Source of the DNA: Octopus bimaculoides
Lineage: Eukaryota
Direction of reading: 5' to 3'
Length of the DNA stretch: 53,175 nucleotides
Assembly (NCBI RefSeq): GCF_001194135.2
Contig: NC_068996.1
Span: forward strand, 20,532,279-20,585,453
How positions within the stretch are numbered: position 1 is the stretch's first letter; each line of letters starts with the position of its first letter. A model generated the notes under the pieces. The model made no database searches. It had not been told where the DNA came from and saw only the letters and a program-made list of their open reading frames with translations. A program made the position numbers and the translations under genes. Below, in pieces: positions 36,334-48,236 of the stretch.

Positions 36334-37000
36334 TCAGGATCATTTAACACCTGTTTTCCATGCTAATATGAGTTGGATGGTTTGAACAGGAACTGGTAAG
36401 CTGCAGGGCTGTGTCAAACCCCAATGATAGGTTTGGCATGGTTTCTACTGCTGGATGTCCTTCCAAATATCAACTATGTTATAGAATGTACTGGGTGCGT
36501 TTTTGTTTTTTTTTTCATGCCGCTGGTGCTAATGAGGTTTGCCATGTAACTTGCAAGACAGAAAATGAACAGGAGGAATAGAGGGAGAAAAGCTCCCGCT
36601 ACTAAGAGAAACATATTTGAAAGGGGAAGGTGAATGACACGACCAGGTGTATGATGGAAGACCAAGCACAGTTGTTTTACTATAGAGGAGATAAGCCTGT
36701 GGTAGTGATGGGGTGCTGGAGCAAACTCACAAGGAACAAGAAAGTGACCATCAGAGAGGGCAAGGACAGTGGATTGTGGGAGGGGACGAGAGTGGATAAT
36801 TTCAAAAGAGTGTAAGTGAGGGAGTAACAGATTGTTAAAAGGGGGCAGTGAATATAATGAGGGATAAACAAAGGTGGTGGTGGTGAAGCTGATGAGAAAT
36901 ATCAGTATGGAGAGAATTAAGGTGAGAGATATAAGGGTGGCTCAGGAAGTAGAATGGGTAAGAAAGTAGAAAATAGGGAGATATGCAAGGTGTAAGAGCA
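36140..37000. mobile_element. SINE E head (+), (TG)n, then an RTE-tailed GA-rich repeat (-)
   Basis: Module similarity to 12863 and 32355. Confidence 0.55.
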
Positions 37001-37017
37001 GTGGAGAGGGAGATATA

Positions 37018-37218
37018 CGAGGGGTGCTGAAAAGTTCCTGGCTTGGGTAAAAGAAAATACAGGAGGATCAGTTAATTATGATTTTATTTAACATGTTCAC
37101 ACACTTATTGCAGATGTCCTTCAGTTTTTCTAAGCCCTGCAAAAGAACTCAGAAGGTCGGGCCTCCAACCAAGCCTTACATGACATCCTTAAAGCCAGGA
37201 ACTTTTCAACACCCCTTG
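37018..37218. mobile_element. Mariner-type MITE, 201 bp
   Basis: TA-CGAGGGGTGCTGAAAAGTTCCTGGC ... GCCAGGAACTTTTCAACACCCCTTG-TG; 25-bp TIRs with 2 mismatches; TA TSD intact on the left. Confidence 0.85.
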
Positions 37219-37228
37219 TGTGCATATA

Positions 37229-38004
37229 TCATCATCGTTTAACGTCCGCTTTCCATGCTAGCATGGGTTGGACGATTTGACTGAGGACTGGTGAAACCAG
37301 GTGGCTACACCAGGCTCCAATCTGATTTGGCAGAGTTTCTACAGCTGGATGCCCTTCCTAACGCCAACCACTCAGAGAGTGTAGTGGGTGCTTTTACGTG
37401 TCACCCGCACGAAGGCCAGTCAGGCAGTACTGGCAACGGCCACGCTCAAAATGGTGTATTTTATGTGCCACCCGTACAAGGGCCAGTCCAGGGGCACTGG
37501 CAACGATCTCGCTCGAAAATCCTTACACAAGCCGCGGGCACAAGTGCCAGAAAGGCAACGCTGGGCACAGGTGCCTTCACGATTTCGCTTTCGCTTGTCC
37601 CAATAAGTCTTCGCAAGCTGAGTTTCGTGTCCAATGAAGGAGACTACGTTGGCATGGGTGCCAGTCGTCGAATTTAACTCGATTTCGATTTCACTTGCCT
37701 CAACAGGTCTTCGCAAGCGGAGTTTAGTGTCCAATGAAGGAAGGTACGGATAAGTGGACTGCCTAAGGCCTTAGATTTAGGTCTCACTTGGCTTGCCGGG
37801 TCTTCTCACACACAGCATATTTCCAAAGGTCTCGGTCAGAAGTCATTGGCTCGGTGTGACCCATTGTTTGAAGGTCGTGCCTCACCACCTCATCTCAGAT
37901 CTTCCTGGGCCTACCTCTTCCACAGGTTCCTCAACTGCTAGGGTGTGGCACTTTTTCACACAGCTATCCTCATCCATTCTCGCTACATGACCATACCAGC
38001 GCAG
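37229..38004 (-). mobile_element. Young 5'-truncated RTE LINE (family C) including the ORF end
   Basis: Minus strand LRWYGHVARMDEDSCVKKCHTLAVE/GTCGRGRPRK...VVRHDLQTMG...SDRDLWKYAVCEKTRQAK*, then 3' UTR and (GAT)n tail. Confidence 0.92.
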
Positions 38005-38515
38005 AGACAAAATTAGGCACAAGCAGTATCAGGTGGGATATGCAAGATAGAAAGCTGCTAGTATGGTCATGTGATGCATGTGAATGAGGACAGTTGCATA
38101 AAGAAGTGCCGATCACTTAAAATGGATAGAATTTGTGGAAGGAGGAGACCCAGGAAGGCATGGAATGAAGTATTAAAGACTGATCTCAAGATATTGCGCT
38201 TTACATAGGAGAAAATGAAGAAGATGATTGGTATTTTGCTGTGCTTGGCACGACCTGTCCATTACAGCAAAAAGAATATCCTAAAACCACATTCCTCTGT
38301 AGTCTGTCTCCTTGCCTTGACATGATAGTTATAAATGATATTCTTCATTTCCAATCTTTCCTGAAAATATGTCTGGTCATAGGAAGTATTACCTTATTTG
38401 GAAAGAGGTGAGGATTGGTGACAAGAAGAGGGCCCAACTGCAGAAAATCTACCTCAACAAATTTTGTGTGATCCAATGCAAACATAGAGAAATAGACATT
38501 AAACGATGATGGTAA
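38005..38515 (+). mobile_element. Older 5'-truncated RTE LINE (family D) including the ORF end
   Basis: C*YGHVMHVNEDSCIKKCRSLKMDRICGRRRPRKAWNEVLKTDLK, followed by the family D 3' UTR and aaacgatgatg tail. Confidence 0.8.
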
Positions 38516-39394
38516 TAATTATACAAAGAGATATGGTGGGCTTTGTACAGTCTTAACTTTTCCTGTTGATTAATATGTGGTTGTCATAACGTAACTTTGG
38601 TAAAATACATGGTGCTTTATTTTTATCATTAAGTATCTCCACTCCAGTTAAATAATTATTTTACTCTCATTGAACTCCTCTGTCATACAGTATGCCTTCT
38701 TTTGATTGCATTCTGATTTGTTTTTGATGTGTTCAGTTCTATGCAACCACTGTTTAATAATTATGTAGTCTATGACTTCGGTTTACCTTGATGCAGCAAT
38801 CAATGTTAGCAATGTTGTCTGCAAAAGTGAGTTTGGATTAAAAAAATTTTTTTTTTGGCATATGGCATCCTCTGGATATTTTCAGAGTGTAGTCAATTCC
38901 AGTGAAGAAAATTTATGGGGCTAAAGTGTTGCTTTGTTGTAATATTCATATGAAAACTGAAATAGCCAAGAATTAGTTATCATCCATCATATCATGAGCT
39001 TTCTGACCAATAGATAGGCTTGCTAATGTTGTAATAAGTTTGTTAATATGGTACAGCTTATGATTTTGAATATATTCTGATCAAGTGTCAAATATCTTCT
39101 TCAAGTCAGTGAATTTCACATGTGATAGCTAAAATCAAGCAATTCTTGTCAGAGTAATTTAGCACATGGTCACCATAGCTGCAATTGTAGCAAACTACCA
39201 TTGTGGTGATAAAAACATTAGCTCAATCCTGTAACTACTATTGCCCCATAACATCAAATAAATGACTTTAAGCAGTGATTCATCAATGACCTTTTTCTGT
39301 TGTTATTAATATTACAAAATCCCTTTTTTTTGGATGAAAGTTTTGCAGTAAAATCACAAATTTTTTAAAATGACCCATCCACCACAGCAGAATT

Positions 39395-39592
39395 GATACT
39401 GGTGCTGGTGCCACGTAAAAAGCAACCAGTACACACTGGAGTGGTTGGCGTTTGGAAAGGCATCTAGCCATAGAAACCATGCCAGAGCAGACAATGGAAC
39501 CTTGGTGTGGCCCCTGGCCTTACCAAGTTCTGATCAAACCATCCAACCCATTCTAGCATGGAAAACAGACGTTAGATGTGACAACGATGATG
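39395..39592 (+). mobile_element. RTE-type 3' tail fragment
   Basis: ggttggcgtttggaaaggcatctagccatagaaacc...ccaacccattctagcatggaaaacagacgttag. Confidence 0.65.
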
Positions 39593-39904
39593 TTTACACC
39601 AACTTTCTCACAAATAACATATTCATCGGAATAAGTAACAGGAATCACGGCACCCGCATTTTCTGTAAAACTCCTCTCAGAATTTTAGTTTTTTGCAGCT
39701 CAAAATTATTAAAAATTTTTCAAATTGTTTTTCCAATCTTATAGCCAGTAATCCAAGATTCCCAAACTTCTTGCTGTTTAGATGGTCTAAGAATTAATGG
39801 TAAGATTTTTTTTTGATTTTTTTTTTTTTTTTTATAGTTTCAGCTCAGAGCTGCGGCCATGCTGATACACCGCTGTTATAGACATAAAAGAATTCTTTCT
39901 AATT

Positions 39905-40730
39905 TTTGTCACAGGACCAGCAAATCTGAGGAAAGGGGAAAAGTTAATTACATCAATTCCTGTTCTTCACTGCTTATTATTTGATGAACCCTAAAAGGAT
40001 GAAAGATAAAGTTGACCTTGGTAGAATTTGAGCTCAGAATGTAATGAGTCAGAAGAAATGCCTCAGCATTTTGCTCCAGTCACTTATTGGCTAATAATAG
40101 TGGTTTCTAATATAAGCAGAAGACGAACAATTTTTGAGGTGAGCAAGGATTAGTTGATACTATAATATTTGACTGATATTTTAGTTTATTAACCACAAAA
40201 AAAACGAAAGGCCAAGTTAACCTTAATGGGATTTGAACTCAAAACAAAGAAGAAATACCACAAAGCATTTTGTCTAACACACTTATAATTCTGCTGATAA
40301 TAATAATAGTAACAACCATTTCTACTCTAGGCACAAGGCCCGAAATGTTTGGGGAGGGGGCCAGTCGATTAAATCAACCCCAGTACACAACTGGTACTTA
40401 ATTTATTGACCCCGGAAGGATGAAAGGCAAAGTCGACCTCAGCGGAATTTGAACTCGGAACGTAACGATAGATGAAATACCGCCAAGCATTATCGCCTGC
40501 TGTGCTAACGTTTCTGCCAGCTCACCACCTTAATAATGATGATTTCAAATTTTGGGACAAGGCCTGCAATTTTTAGGGTTAACTTGATTACATCAGGTAC
40601 TTATTTTATCAACCCCAAAAGGACAAGTCAACCTTGGCAGATTTGAACTCAGAACAAAGACAGATGAAATGCTGCTAAGTATTTTGCCCAACAGGCTAAC
40701 AATTCTGCCAGCTCACCATCTAAATAATAA
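39905..40730 (-). mobile_element. Four head-to-tail copies of SINE family B (central domain recalls the Meta/Sauria-type domain)
   Basis: Each copy carries a variant of ggatgaaaggcaaagtcgacctc..gaatttgaactc; the best copy (40315-40530) is the reverse complement of 47473-47640. Confidence 0.75.
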
Positions 40731-41556
40731 TGGTCAACTAAAAGACACAAGTACAGAACAGGAAATAGAAACATTAGTAGATTCACTTGCCACATGGCCT
40801 TAATACCTCGAACCATATCATTTTTGTTATTTATTTTTCATACCTAATTTAGATTGGTCACATTTCCCCCCACTGAGCTACCAAATTATCTCTCCTCCTT
40901 CATCACCATATAACTCTCTCCTTATACACTACTTTTGCCTTTCTCTTTCCCCACACTACTGCATCCTACCCAACCATGTCATCTCCCTCTTTTGCCCACC
41001 TTGTGTCAGCTGTATCATCATTACTATCCTACTGCCCTTCCTCCCCCACTCTCTTCTTCATCTTTTTCTCTTCACCAATTTATGCATCATTGGTCACTCT
41101 CAATGCTTTATCCACCCTTCAACCCTACTCCCACCGATTTACTGATGTTAGGTTCCCTTGTTCAGGTGGTGGAGTTGTTGTTGAAACTCAAGGTGGGTTG
41201 TTTTTTTTAGAGGGTTGATGCTGACCAAGTCATTTTTTTTTTTAAAGATGAACAGCAAAGAGAACAACAACAACAAAACAGAGATGCTTGGTATAATGTT
41301 GAAATCCTGGATTTCTAGCAGGATGTCAGGTATAAGGATGCTAACCACCAACGAAGTGCAGGTGTTGTCTACGCAGAGATAAGAAAAGCACCTTCTGATA
41401 AATAAACCACATGGTTGGGACAATCCTGAATATTGGGACTTACAGGGACATGAATAATTTGGTCAGTGTTTATAATGTTGCAGGTGGCAGTTTGATTGGC
41501 ATTGTTTTGGAAGTTGACAAAAATCTGCATAGTGTTCTTGTAGCAATGACTAGCTA

Positions 41557-41930
41557 TGTTGTTGTTGGCACTCCGTCACTTACGACGTCGAGGGATCCAG
41601 TTGATCCGATCAATGGAACAGCCTGCTCGTGAAATTAACATGCAAGTGGCTGAGCACTCCACAGACACGTGTACCCTTAACGTAGTTCTCAGGGAGATTC
41701 AGCGTGACACAGTGTGACAAGGCTGACCCTTTGAATTACAGGCACAACAGAAACAGGAAGTAAGAGTGAGAGAAAGTTGTGGTGAAAGAGTACAGCAGGG
41801 TTCACCACCATCCCCTGCCGGAACCTCGTGGAGCTTTAGGTGTTTTCACTCAATAAACACTCACAACGCCCGGTCTGGGAATCGAGACCGCGAGTCCGCT
41901 GTCCTAACCACTGGGCCATTGCGCCTCCAC
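41557..41930 (-). mobile_element. tRNA-derived SINE family A with 12-bp TSD
   Basis: TSD AATGACTAGCTA at 41545-41556 and 41931-41942; near-identical to 4902-5274. Confidence 0.92.
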
Positions 41931-42310
41931 AATGACTAGCTACAACTAAAGAGGAAAATCAACAGTGGGAAACAGATTCGCAAAGATGGTTAGACTAACA
42001 TATAAGCAGTGTTTCTGAAATTATTTAGTGTACTGAGGAGCTGTGTAGTATTCTTGACAAAGCCGCCAGTATAACAATAGAATATTTTGATTGGATGCAT
42101 GATCGAGAGATGGACAAAATATTTATTATAGTAAGCAAAAATGCATTGTCATTGCAATGAGTAACAATATTAACACCAAGTGAGGTGGTTTGTGTCAGTA
42201 ATGAATGTAGTTGTTGCTTAGTGAACTGAAGTTGAGAGCCATAAATTGCTGCAGTCATTGATCTTGGCAGTGTGTGATCACTGACTAGTTATCAGATAAA
42301 CCATCTACAT

Positions 42311-42660
42311 AGAAGGCACATAGCTTAGTGGTTAGAGTGTTGGGCTCACAATCATGAGGTGGTAAACTCGATGTCCCAGACCAGGCTGCGTGTTGTGATC
42401 TTGAGCAACACACTTTATTTCATGTTGCTCCAGTTCACTCATCAGCAGAAATAAGTTATGACATCACTGTTGCTAAGCTGTATTGGCCTTTGCTTTTCCC
42501 TTGGATAACATTGCTTCCATGGAGAAGGAAGGCTGGTATGTATAGAAAAATTGCTGGTCTTCTATAAAACAACCTTGCCCAGACTTGTGCCTCAGAGGGG
42601 AACTTTCTAAGTGCAATCCTAGAAGTTCATTCATGACCAAAGGGGGTCTTTACCCTTTAT
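42311..42660 (+). mobile_element. tRNA-derived SINE (distinct tail)
   Basis: Head gaaggcacatagcttagtggttagagtgttgggctcacaatcatgagg; body gttgctccagttcactc shared with 11840-12137. Confidence 0.7.
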
Positions 42661-43019
42661 AGATGGCTTATCTGATAAATATGCCAAAGATGAACATGTT
42701 ATTGAGATTTAAATATGTTGTTTATCCAAAAATGTTTGTTTATACTGTGGGGATTCTAATGAGTTTTCACTGTAAGAGACTTGAATGGGTTAGTTACTTG
42801 CTGATGTCATCAATCCTTGACAGAATCTTGTATGTGATGTTTAGTTATTTTTACATCTGACCACAGTGTAGATTCAATTCTTAGTCCATTTGAAATTCTG
42901 GCAATATTCCTGTTATGTGATTATTAATATACAGCATTTAAAGTTAAATGTTTACTTTGGTAGTTCTGTAACGTTTCTTTAGGCATTTACAAATGACATG
43001 AAGGGAACTTGTGAGATGA

Positions 43020-43285
43020 TGTCTAGCTATGGAGGGAACTGTGGAAGACATGGGACAAGGTGGTAAACTATGATCTTCAGATGTGTCTCATGGAGTCAAT
43101 GGCAAGTGACCAAAACCTGTGCTTGAGAAAACACATCTGGCCAAGTGAAACTAATTGTGGCCAGTGCCGGTGACACGTAAATTGCATTCACTACAGTCCA
43201 GTCATAGAAATCAAGCCAAAACAGTTACAGTCAAACCATCTAACCCATGCCAGCATGGAAAATGGATGTTGAATGATGACTATGA
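43020..43285 (+). mobile_element. Degenerate RTE LINE ORF end plus tail
   Basis: LAMEGTCG..KTWDKVVNYDLQ...ASDQ...EKTHLAK*, then ccatgccagcatggaaaatggatgttgaatgatg. Confidence 0.65.
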
Positions 43286-43486
43286 TTGGCAAAAATCATT
43301 GACAAGTAGATTCAAGACAATACTCTTGGTTATGTGGATAACATTGCTGCTGTCAGTGAAGATTCTAATGAGGAACAATATTGCTCTATGATAAATGGAA
43401 GTACTAAAGGATTTAAATTTAACTATTAAAATATAGAAATAATACATTTCTAAATCTCTCAGAGTGACTTAGGCAGTAGTGATGCG

Positions 43487-43718
43487 ATAAAGTAGTTGTA
43501 TACTGCCAACTTAACGTGGCAGTCCCAATAAGGGAATATACTACTGCTATTTAGCCCTAGGAAGCTGGACCGCTTCCTGTTGGCCTTGACACAAGATAAG
43601 GACACAGGCAATATGTCAAGGCCAACAGGAAGCGGTCCAGCTTCCTAGGGCTAAATAGCAGTAGTATACTCCCTTAATGGGACTGTCACGTTAAGTTGGC
43701 AGCATACAATTACTTTAT
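43487..43718. repeat. Long inverted repeat (105-bp arms, 22-nt spacer)
   Basis: Arms 43487-43591 and 43614-43718 are reverse complements with 5 mismatches; the inner 55 bp are perfect. Confidence 0.97.
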
Positions 43719-44404
43719 TAAAATATAGTTTATTCAGTATCAAAGTTATGTTGGTTATGAAATTTCTTACCATTTGTTTCAACCTAATCCAACCCATAGA
43801 GAATCTCTCCTGATTATTCCTTCTCTCTGGAATGGTAAATCTCTAAAGTGATAGCTATTATTATTTATTCCTCTCAGTGGATATTTAGCTTTTCAAAAAA
43901 CTTATTTCTTTACAAGATGCAACTAGCTTTTTATTTAAATTAGATAAAATAAAAGTGTTTGAATTAATTAAGTATGAAACTGCAGGGTTTGTTTTATTAG
44001 ATATCAAAGAAAGTAAATTATTCTAAACAGAAACAGCCATGTTTGAAGATGTATTTGTTGAAACTCAAAGTCAAAATGACTAACAGTGGACTTCTTCACT
44101 CACACTCTATCAGATATAAAAATTCGCAACCTATGGTGATGAAGGAAGCTGTATCAAAAGTAGAAGCCATCATAAGATGAAGCCCCTAACTTTCATATAT
44201 GTAGTTTCTATCTTTCTGTGCGTAATGTAAAATGCTATACTTGATGTGTTGGGTTATACCAATAATTATAGGACAATTCAAAAATATGTTGGCAGCATTT
44301 CAAATTCCTATGATGTATTTTATTAGATAACATCAAACAAGATATGATTGTCATTTTGATTTGTAGCTAACAAATAAGATTCACTGGTTTGCAATATCTG
44401 TTTT

Positions 44405-44660
44405 TATGCCAGTGCCGCCTACTGGCACCTGTGCTGGAGGCACCATTCAAGTCTGGCCGATGCCAGTGCTGCCTGACTGGCACCTGTGCTGGTGGCACCC
44501 ACTACACTCTCAGTGGTTGGCTTTAGGAAGGACATCCAGCTGTAGAAATCTAGCCAAAGCAGATTGGAGCCTGGTGTAGCCTCCCGGTTTGCTAGTTCTC
44601 AGTCAAACTGTCCAACCCATGCCAGCATGGAAAGTGGACATTAAATGATGATGATGACGA
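44405..44660 (+). mobile_element. Family C RTE 3' tail with two internal repeat units
   Basis: gccagtgccgcctactggcacctgtgc twice, then aggaaggacatccagctgtagaa...ccatgccagcatggaaagtggacattaaa(tga)n. Confidence 0.75.
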
Positions 44661-45716
44661 TTCAGACTTGTAGATTGATAGATCAAAACTTGCAGACATG
44701 TTGCTCTCACAGTGTTCTATGGAGCAAACAGGATGTTTTCAAGTTCATGTTTGCATATTTCAGTAACATCTGATATTTCAAATTTGTGCTAAATCATTGT
44801 CTTTGTTCATTTAATCAACCATTGCAACATAACACACCATTTTATTTCCCAGCAAAATATACAAGTTCCCTGTTGTTGCATTTGAAGAGTCACCACATCC
44901 CTGATTTTGTGTTACTTCAAAAGATGCAACAAATTCTCAATATTTCTTTCATTTGCCATCCAAGACAGGTTTATGTTCAGGCAAAGCAGCATATTGAAAT
45001 GACAAATCCCTGAACTCCTCCCTTTATACACTACCAGCATAGCTAGTAGGGGTTGAGGAGGCTGGCCTGTCTTGCGCAATGTTTTTTTGTGATATGGTAC
45101 TAAACCTGTATAGGCTTGGGGCTCTGGGGACAGAAAACTCAAAAGCTGCCCCACACAACACACACTCCAGCTATGTTACTATAGTGACCAGTAATAAAGT
45201 TACAATTTTCACTTGGGAAAAAAAGTCACAATTAATTTATGGGATCTGGATAAAACCTGTAATTTTTTCCCCTGTGACTTTATTACTGTGACTTTTTTTT
45301 TTACCTGGATTTGTTACTGTATACCAGTGTTCCTGTGATAGAAGGATTTGTAAGAATATATTCCCTTTCATTATGTTTCAGCTAATTTTATGCAGTAACG
45401 AGTTCTGTGCATTGTTTTTATCATTTCAAAATATTTTAGATTATGAATATTGTGTTGTAAAGAGATAAATGGGCCTAGAAGAAATAGTAATGCTGGACAG
45501 ATGTCATGCAATAATGTTTCCATAAATGTGTTTAATGTTTGAAGTAGTCCTGCTGATGCTAATTTTTTTATATTCAACCAAGAACGATAAAGTATATATC
45601 AGTAATGTTTTAGGGATGGCCAATTAACTACATCCTCTTCCCTATAAATTTATCACCATGTGTATTGAAATAATAATAATGGGGTCACTGTGACATATTT
45701 TCTCTCTCTCTCTCTT

Positions 45717-45746
<30 letters not shown>

Positions 45747-45747
<1 letters not shown>

Positions 45748-46086
45748 CGTAAATTCTCGAGTATAGTCCGCCCTTGAGTATAATAGGCAGGAGATTTTTA
45801 GGGGGCTGTACCTCTGAAAAACCTAAACCTTGTGTATAATACACACCCTTTCTCTAACTTGAGTCAAGGAGGTCTATATAACGTCCTTGGTTTGTAAACA
45901 TATATACAGTAACGTCCTTTATTATTATTGTATATATAACATAATGCAAATGTGTAGCTTTTTTGTGCACTTTGCAGAAAATAAAGAAATAACAGTACTA
46001 TATATAACCTCGTATATAGTACGCACTAGGGATTTTGACCTTTAAATTTGGGGGGAAAAATGCAGATTATACTCGAGGATTTACGG
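45747..46086. mobile_element. Tc1/pogo (Tigger-like) MITE, 340 bp
   Basis: TIRs CCGTAAATTCTCGAGTATA / TATACTCGAGGATTTACGG (1 mismatch), followed by TA; sits in a (TA)n(CA)n tract. Confidence 0.8.
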
Positions 46087-46489
46087 TATATATATATGTA
46101 TATTTCAAATTACTATGTTGGTTTCAAATTTTGGCACAAGGCCAGCAATGACAGTATCCAATGGGCCCAAGGTCTAAATTGTGTTCTGATGGTTTCTACA
46201 GCTGAATGCCCTTCCTCAAGCCAACCACTTCACGGCTTGAACTGGGTGCATCTTTTTGTGCCACAAATACTAGTGGTGCTTGCAAGACTACATATTCCCA
46301 CAAAGGAGTGGAGTGGCATTAACCCTTTTGAGACACATGGTGCTTTGGTATGTTTGGTATGTGCAGCTAAAAAGACCAAAGTTTTTTTTTTCTGTTGAGA
46401 TTGAAATTGATGGGTGCATGTAGAAAACAAAGGATGTAGAAAACTATATATATTATGAAAGCTTATAAACAGTACAATATATCTATCAC

Positions 46490-47133
46490 GAGGTGGTGAA
46501 GCATGACCTTCGAACATTGAGCTTCACCGAGGCGATGACTTATGACCGAGACATTTGGAAATATGCTGTGTGTGAGAAAACCCGGCAAGCCAAGTGAAAC
46601 CTAAATCCAAGGCCTCTACCAGGGGTGTAGCCAGCCCACTTATGCGTACCTTTCCTTCATTGGACACTAAACTCCGCTTGCAAAGACATGTTGAAGCAAG
46701 TGAAATCGAAATCAAACTAAATTCGATGACTGACACCCATGCCGGCTTGCGAAGACCTGTTGGGACAAGCGAAAGCGAAATCGTGATGGCACCTGTGCCC
46801 AGCGTCGCCCTTCTGGCACGTGTAAAGACATTCAAGCGAGATCATTGCCAGTGCTGCTTGACTGGCTCCTGTGCATGTGGCATGTAAAATACACCATTTT
46901 GAGCATGGCCGTTGCCAGTACCGCCTGACTGGCCTTTGTGCGGGTGACACATAAAAGCACCCACTACATCCTTGGAGTGGTTGGTGTTAGGAAGGGCATC
47001 CAGCTGTAGAAACTCTGCCAAATCAGATTGGAGCCTGGTGTAGCCATCTGGTTCACCAGTCCTCAATCAAATCGTCCAACCCATGCTAGCATGGAAAGCA
47101 GACGTTAAACGATGGTGATGATGATGATGATGA
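46490..47133 (+). mobile_element. Young 5'-truncated RTE LINE (family C)
   Basis: EVVKHDLRTLSFTEAMTYDRDIWKYAVCEKTRQAK*, then a UTR that is the reverse complement of 37229-37880 and a (GAT)n tail. Confidence 0.9.
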
Positions 47134-47472
47134 ATAGGAAAATCTAAAACAATACATTACATGTAAATAAATAAAATAAGCATAAATGTTTCTCTGAAAA
47201 AACAAAAAAAAATAGTACTGAAAGATCTCTGATTGGCTATAGCACTTCAAAACCAACCATTTACAACGTTTGTTTCATTGGACCAATGGATTGGCCTCAA
47301 AGTCTTTTCAGTTTGTATCACTTGGGATGATCAATCAGCCTAAGTGTCCCAAGAAGGTTCAGCCAGGAGGCGAGAAGATGCAGAGGTTCTTGCTGTAGAA
47401 GTTTATCACATTTGAAAGAGTGAGAGAGAATGATCAGGTAGGGCTAGAAAGAAATAAAATAGTGGTAATAAG

Positions 47473-47700
47473 GCGACGAACTGGCAGAAATGTTAGCACA
47501 CCGGGCGAAATGCTTAGCGGTTTTTCGTCTGCCGTTACGTTCTGAGTTCAAATTCCGCCGAGGTCGACTTTGCCTTTCATCCTTTCGGGGTTGATAGATT
47601 AAGTACCAGTTATGCATTGGGGTCGATGAATCGACTTAATACCTTTGTCTGTCCCTGTTTGTCCCCTCTATGTTTAGCCCCTTGTGGGCAATAAAGAAAT
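47473..47700 (+). mobile_element. Full-length SINE family B with 24-bp flanking duplication
   Basis: Head gcgacgaactggcagaaatgttagc...gagttcaaattcc (B box); flanks AAGAAATAAAATAGTGGTAATAAG at 47449-47472 and 47701-47724. Confidence 0.9.
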
Positions 47701-48236
47701 AAGAAATAAAATAGTGGTAATAAGATGGCCTGGATGACCTCCACTAACTACATGGTGAGTAGAAGTGTGTGGAGGTGGGCAAGAGATGTAAATATAGGAT
47801 AGGACTGAAGGGTAGATGTAGGGAGCTACAGTAAAAAGCAGGTGGAGCATTGAGAAGAGAGATAGAAGAGACAGGAAGGGCAAGAGAGAGATGACATCAT
47901 TGAGTAGACTGCAGGAGACGGGATGTAGATGTAGTGTACAAGAAGGGAATCATATAATGGTATGGGAGGAGAGATAATTTGATGACTTGGTGAGTGGATG
48001 TGATCAATGTGAAGTATGGGTGGAGAGATCAGTATTGATAAAGGGTAGCTAAAATGAAATGTTTCAGAGTCATAAGTAAAATAAGTGGTATCAAGGAAGT
48101 ACTGCAGTTAGAAAGATGATGGGTTGTGGGTAGTGTCATGAGGAGGATATTAGGCAAACACCTAGTTGTGCTTACACACACAGTGATTCCAGAACATATT
48201 TGTTGTGACATATCTTTGAAACTGAAGTGATATCAT

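Noticed and set aside
39151-39192. Minus-strand CYNCSYGDHVLNYS, one base from a CX2CX4HX4C zinc knuckle
   Set aside because: Lacks the usual Gly before His, flanking frame has stops and no other gag or ORF1 signal was recognised
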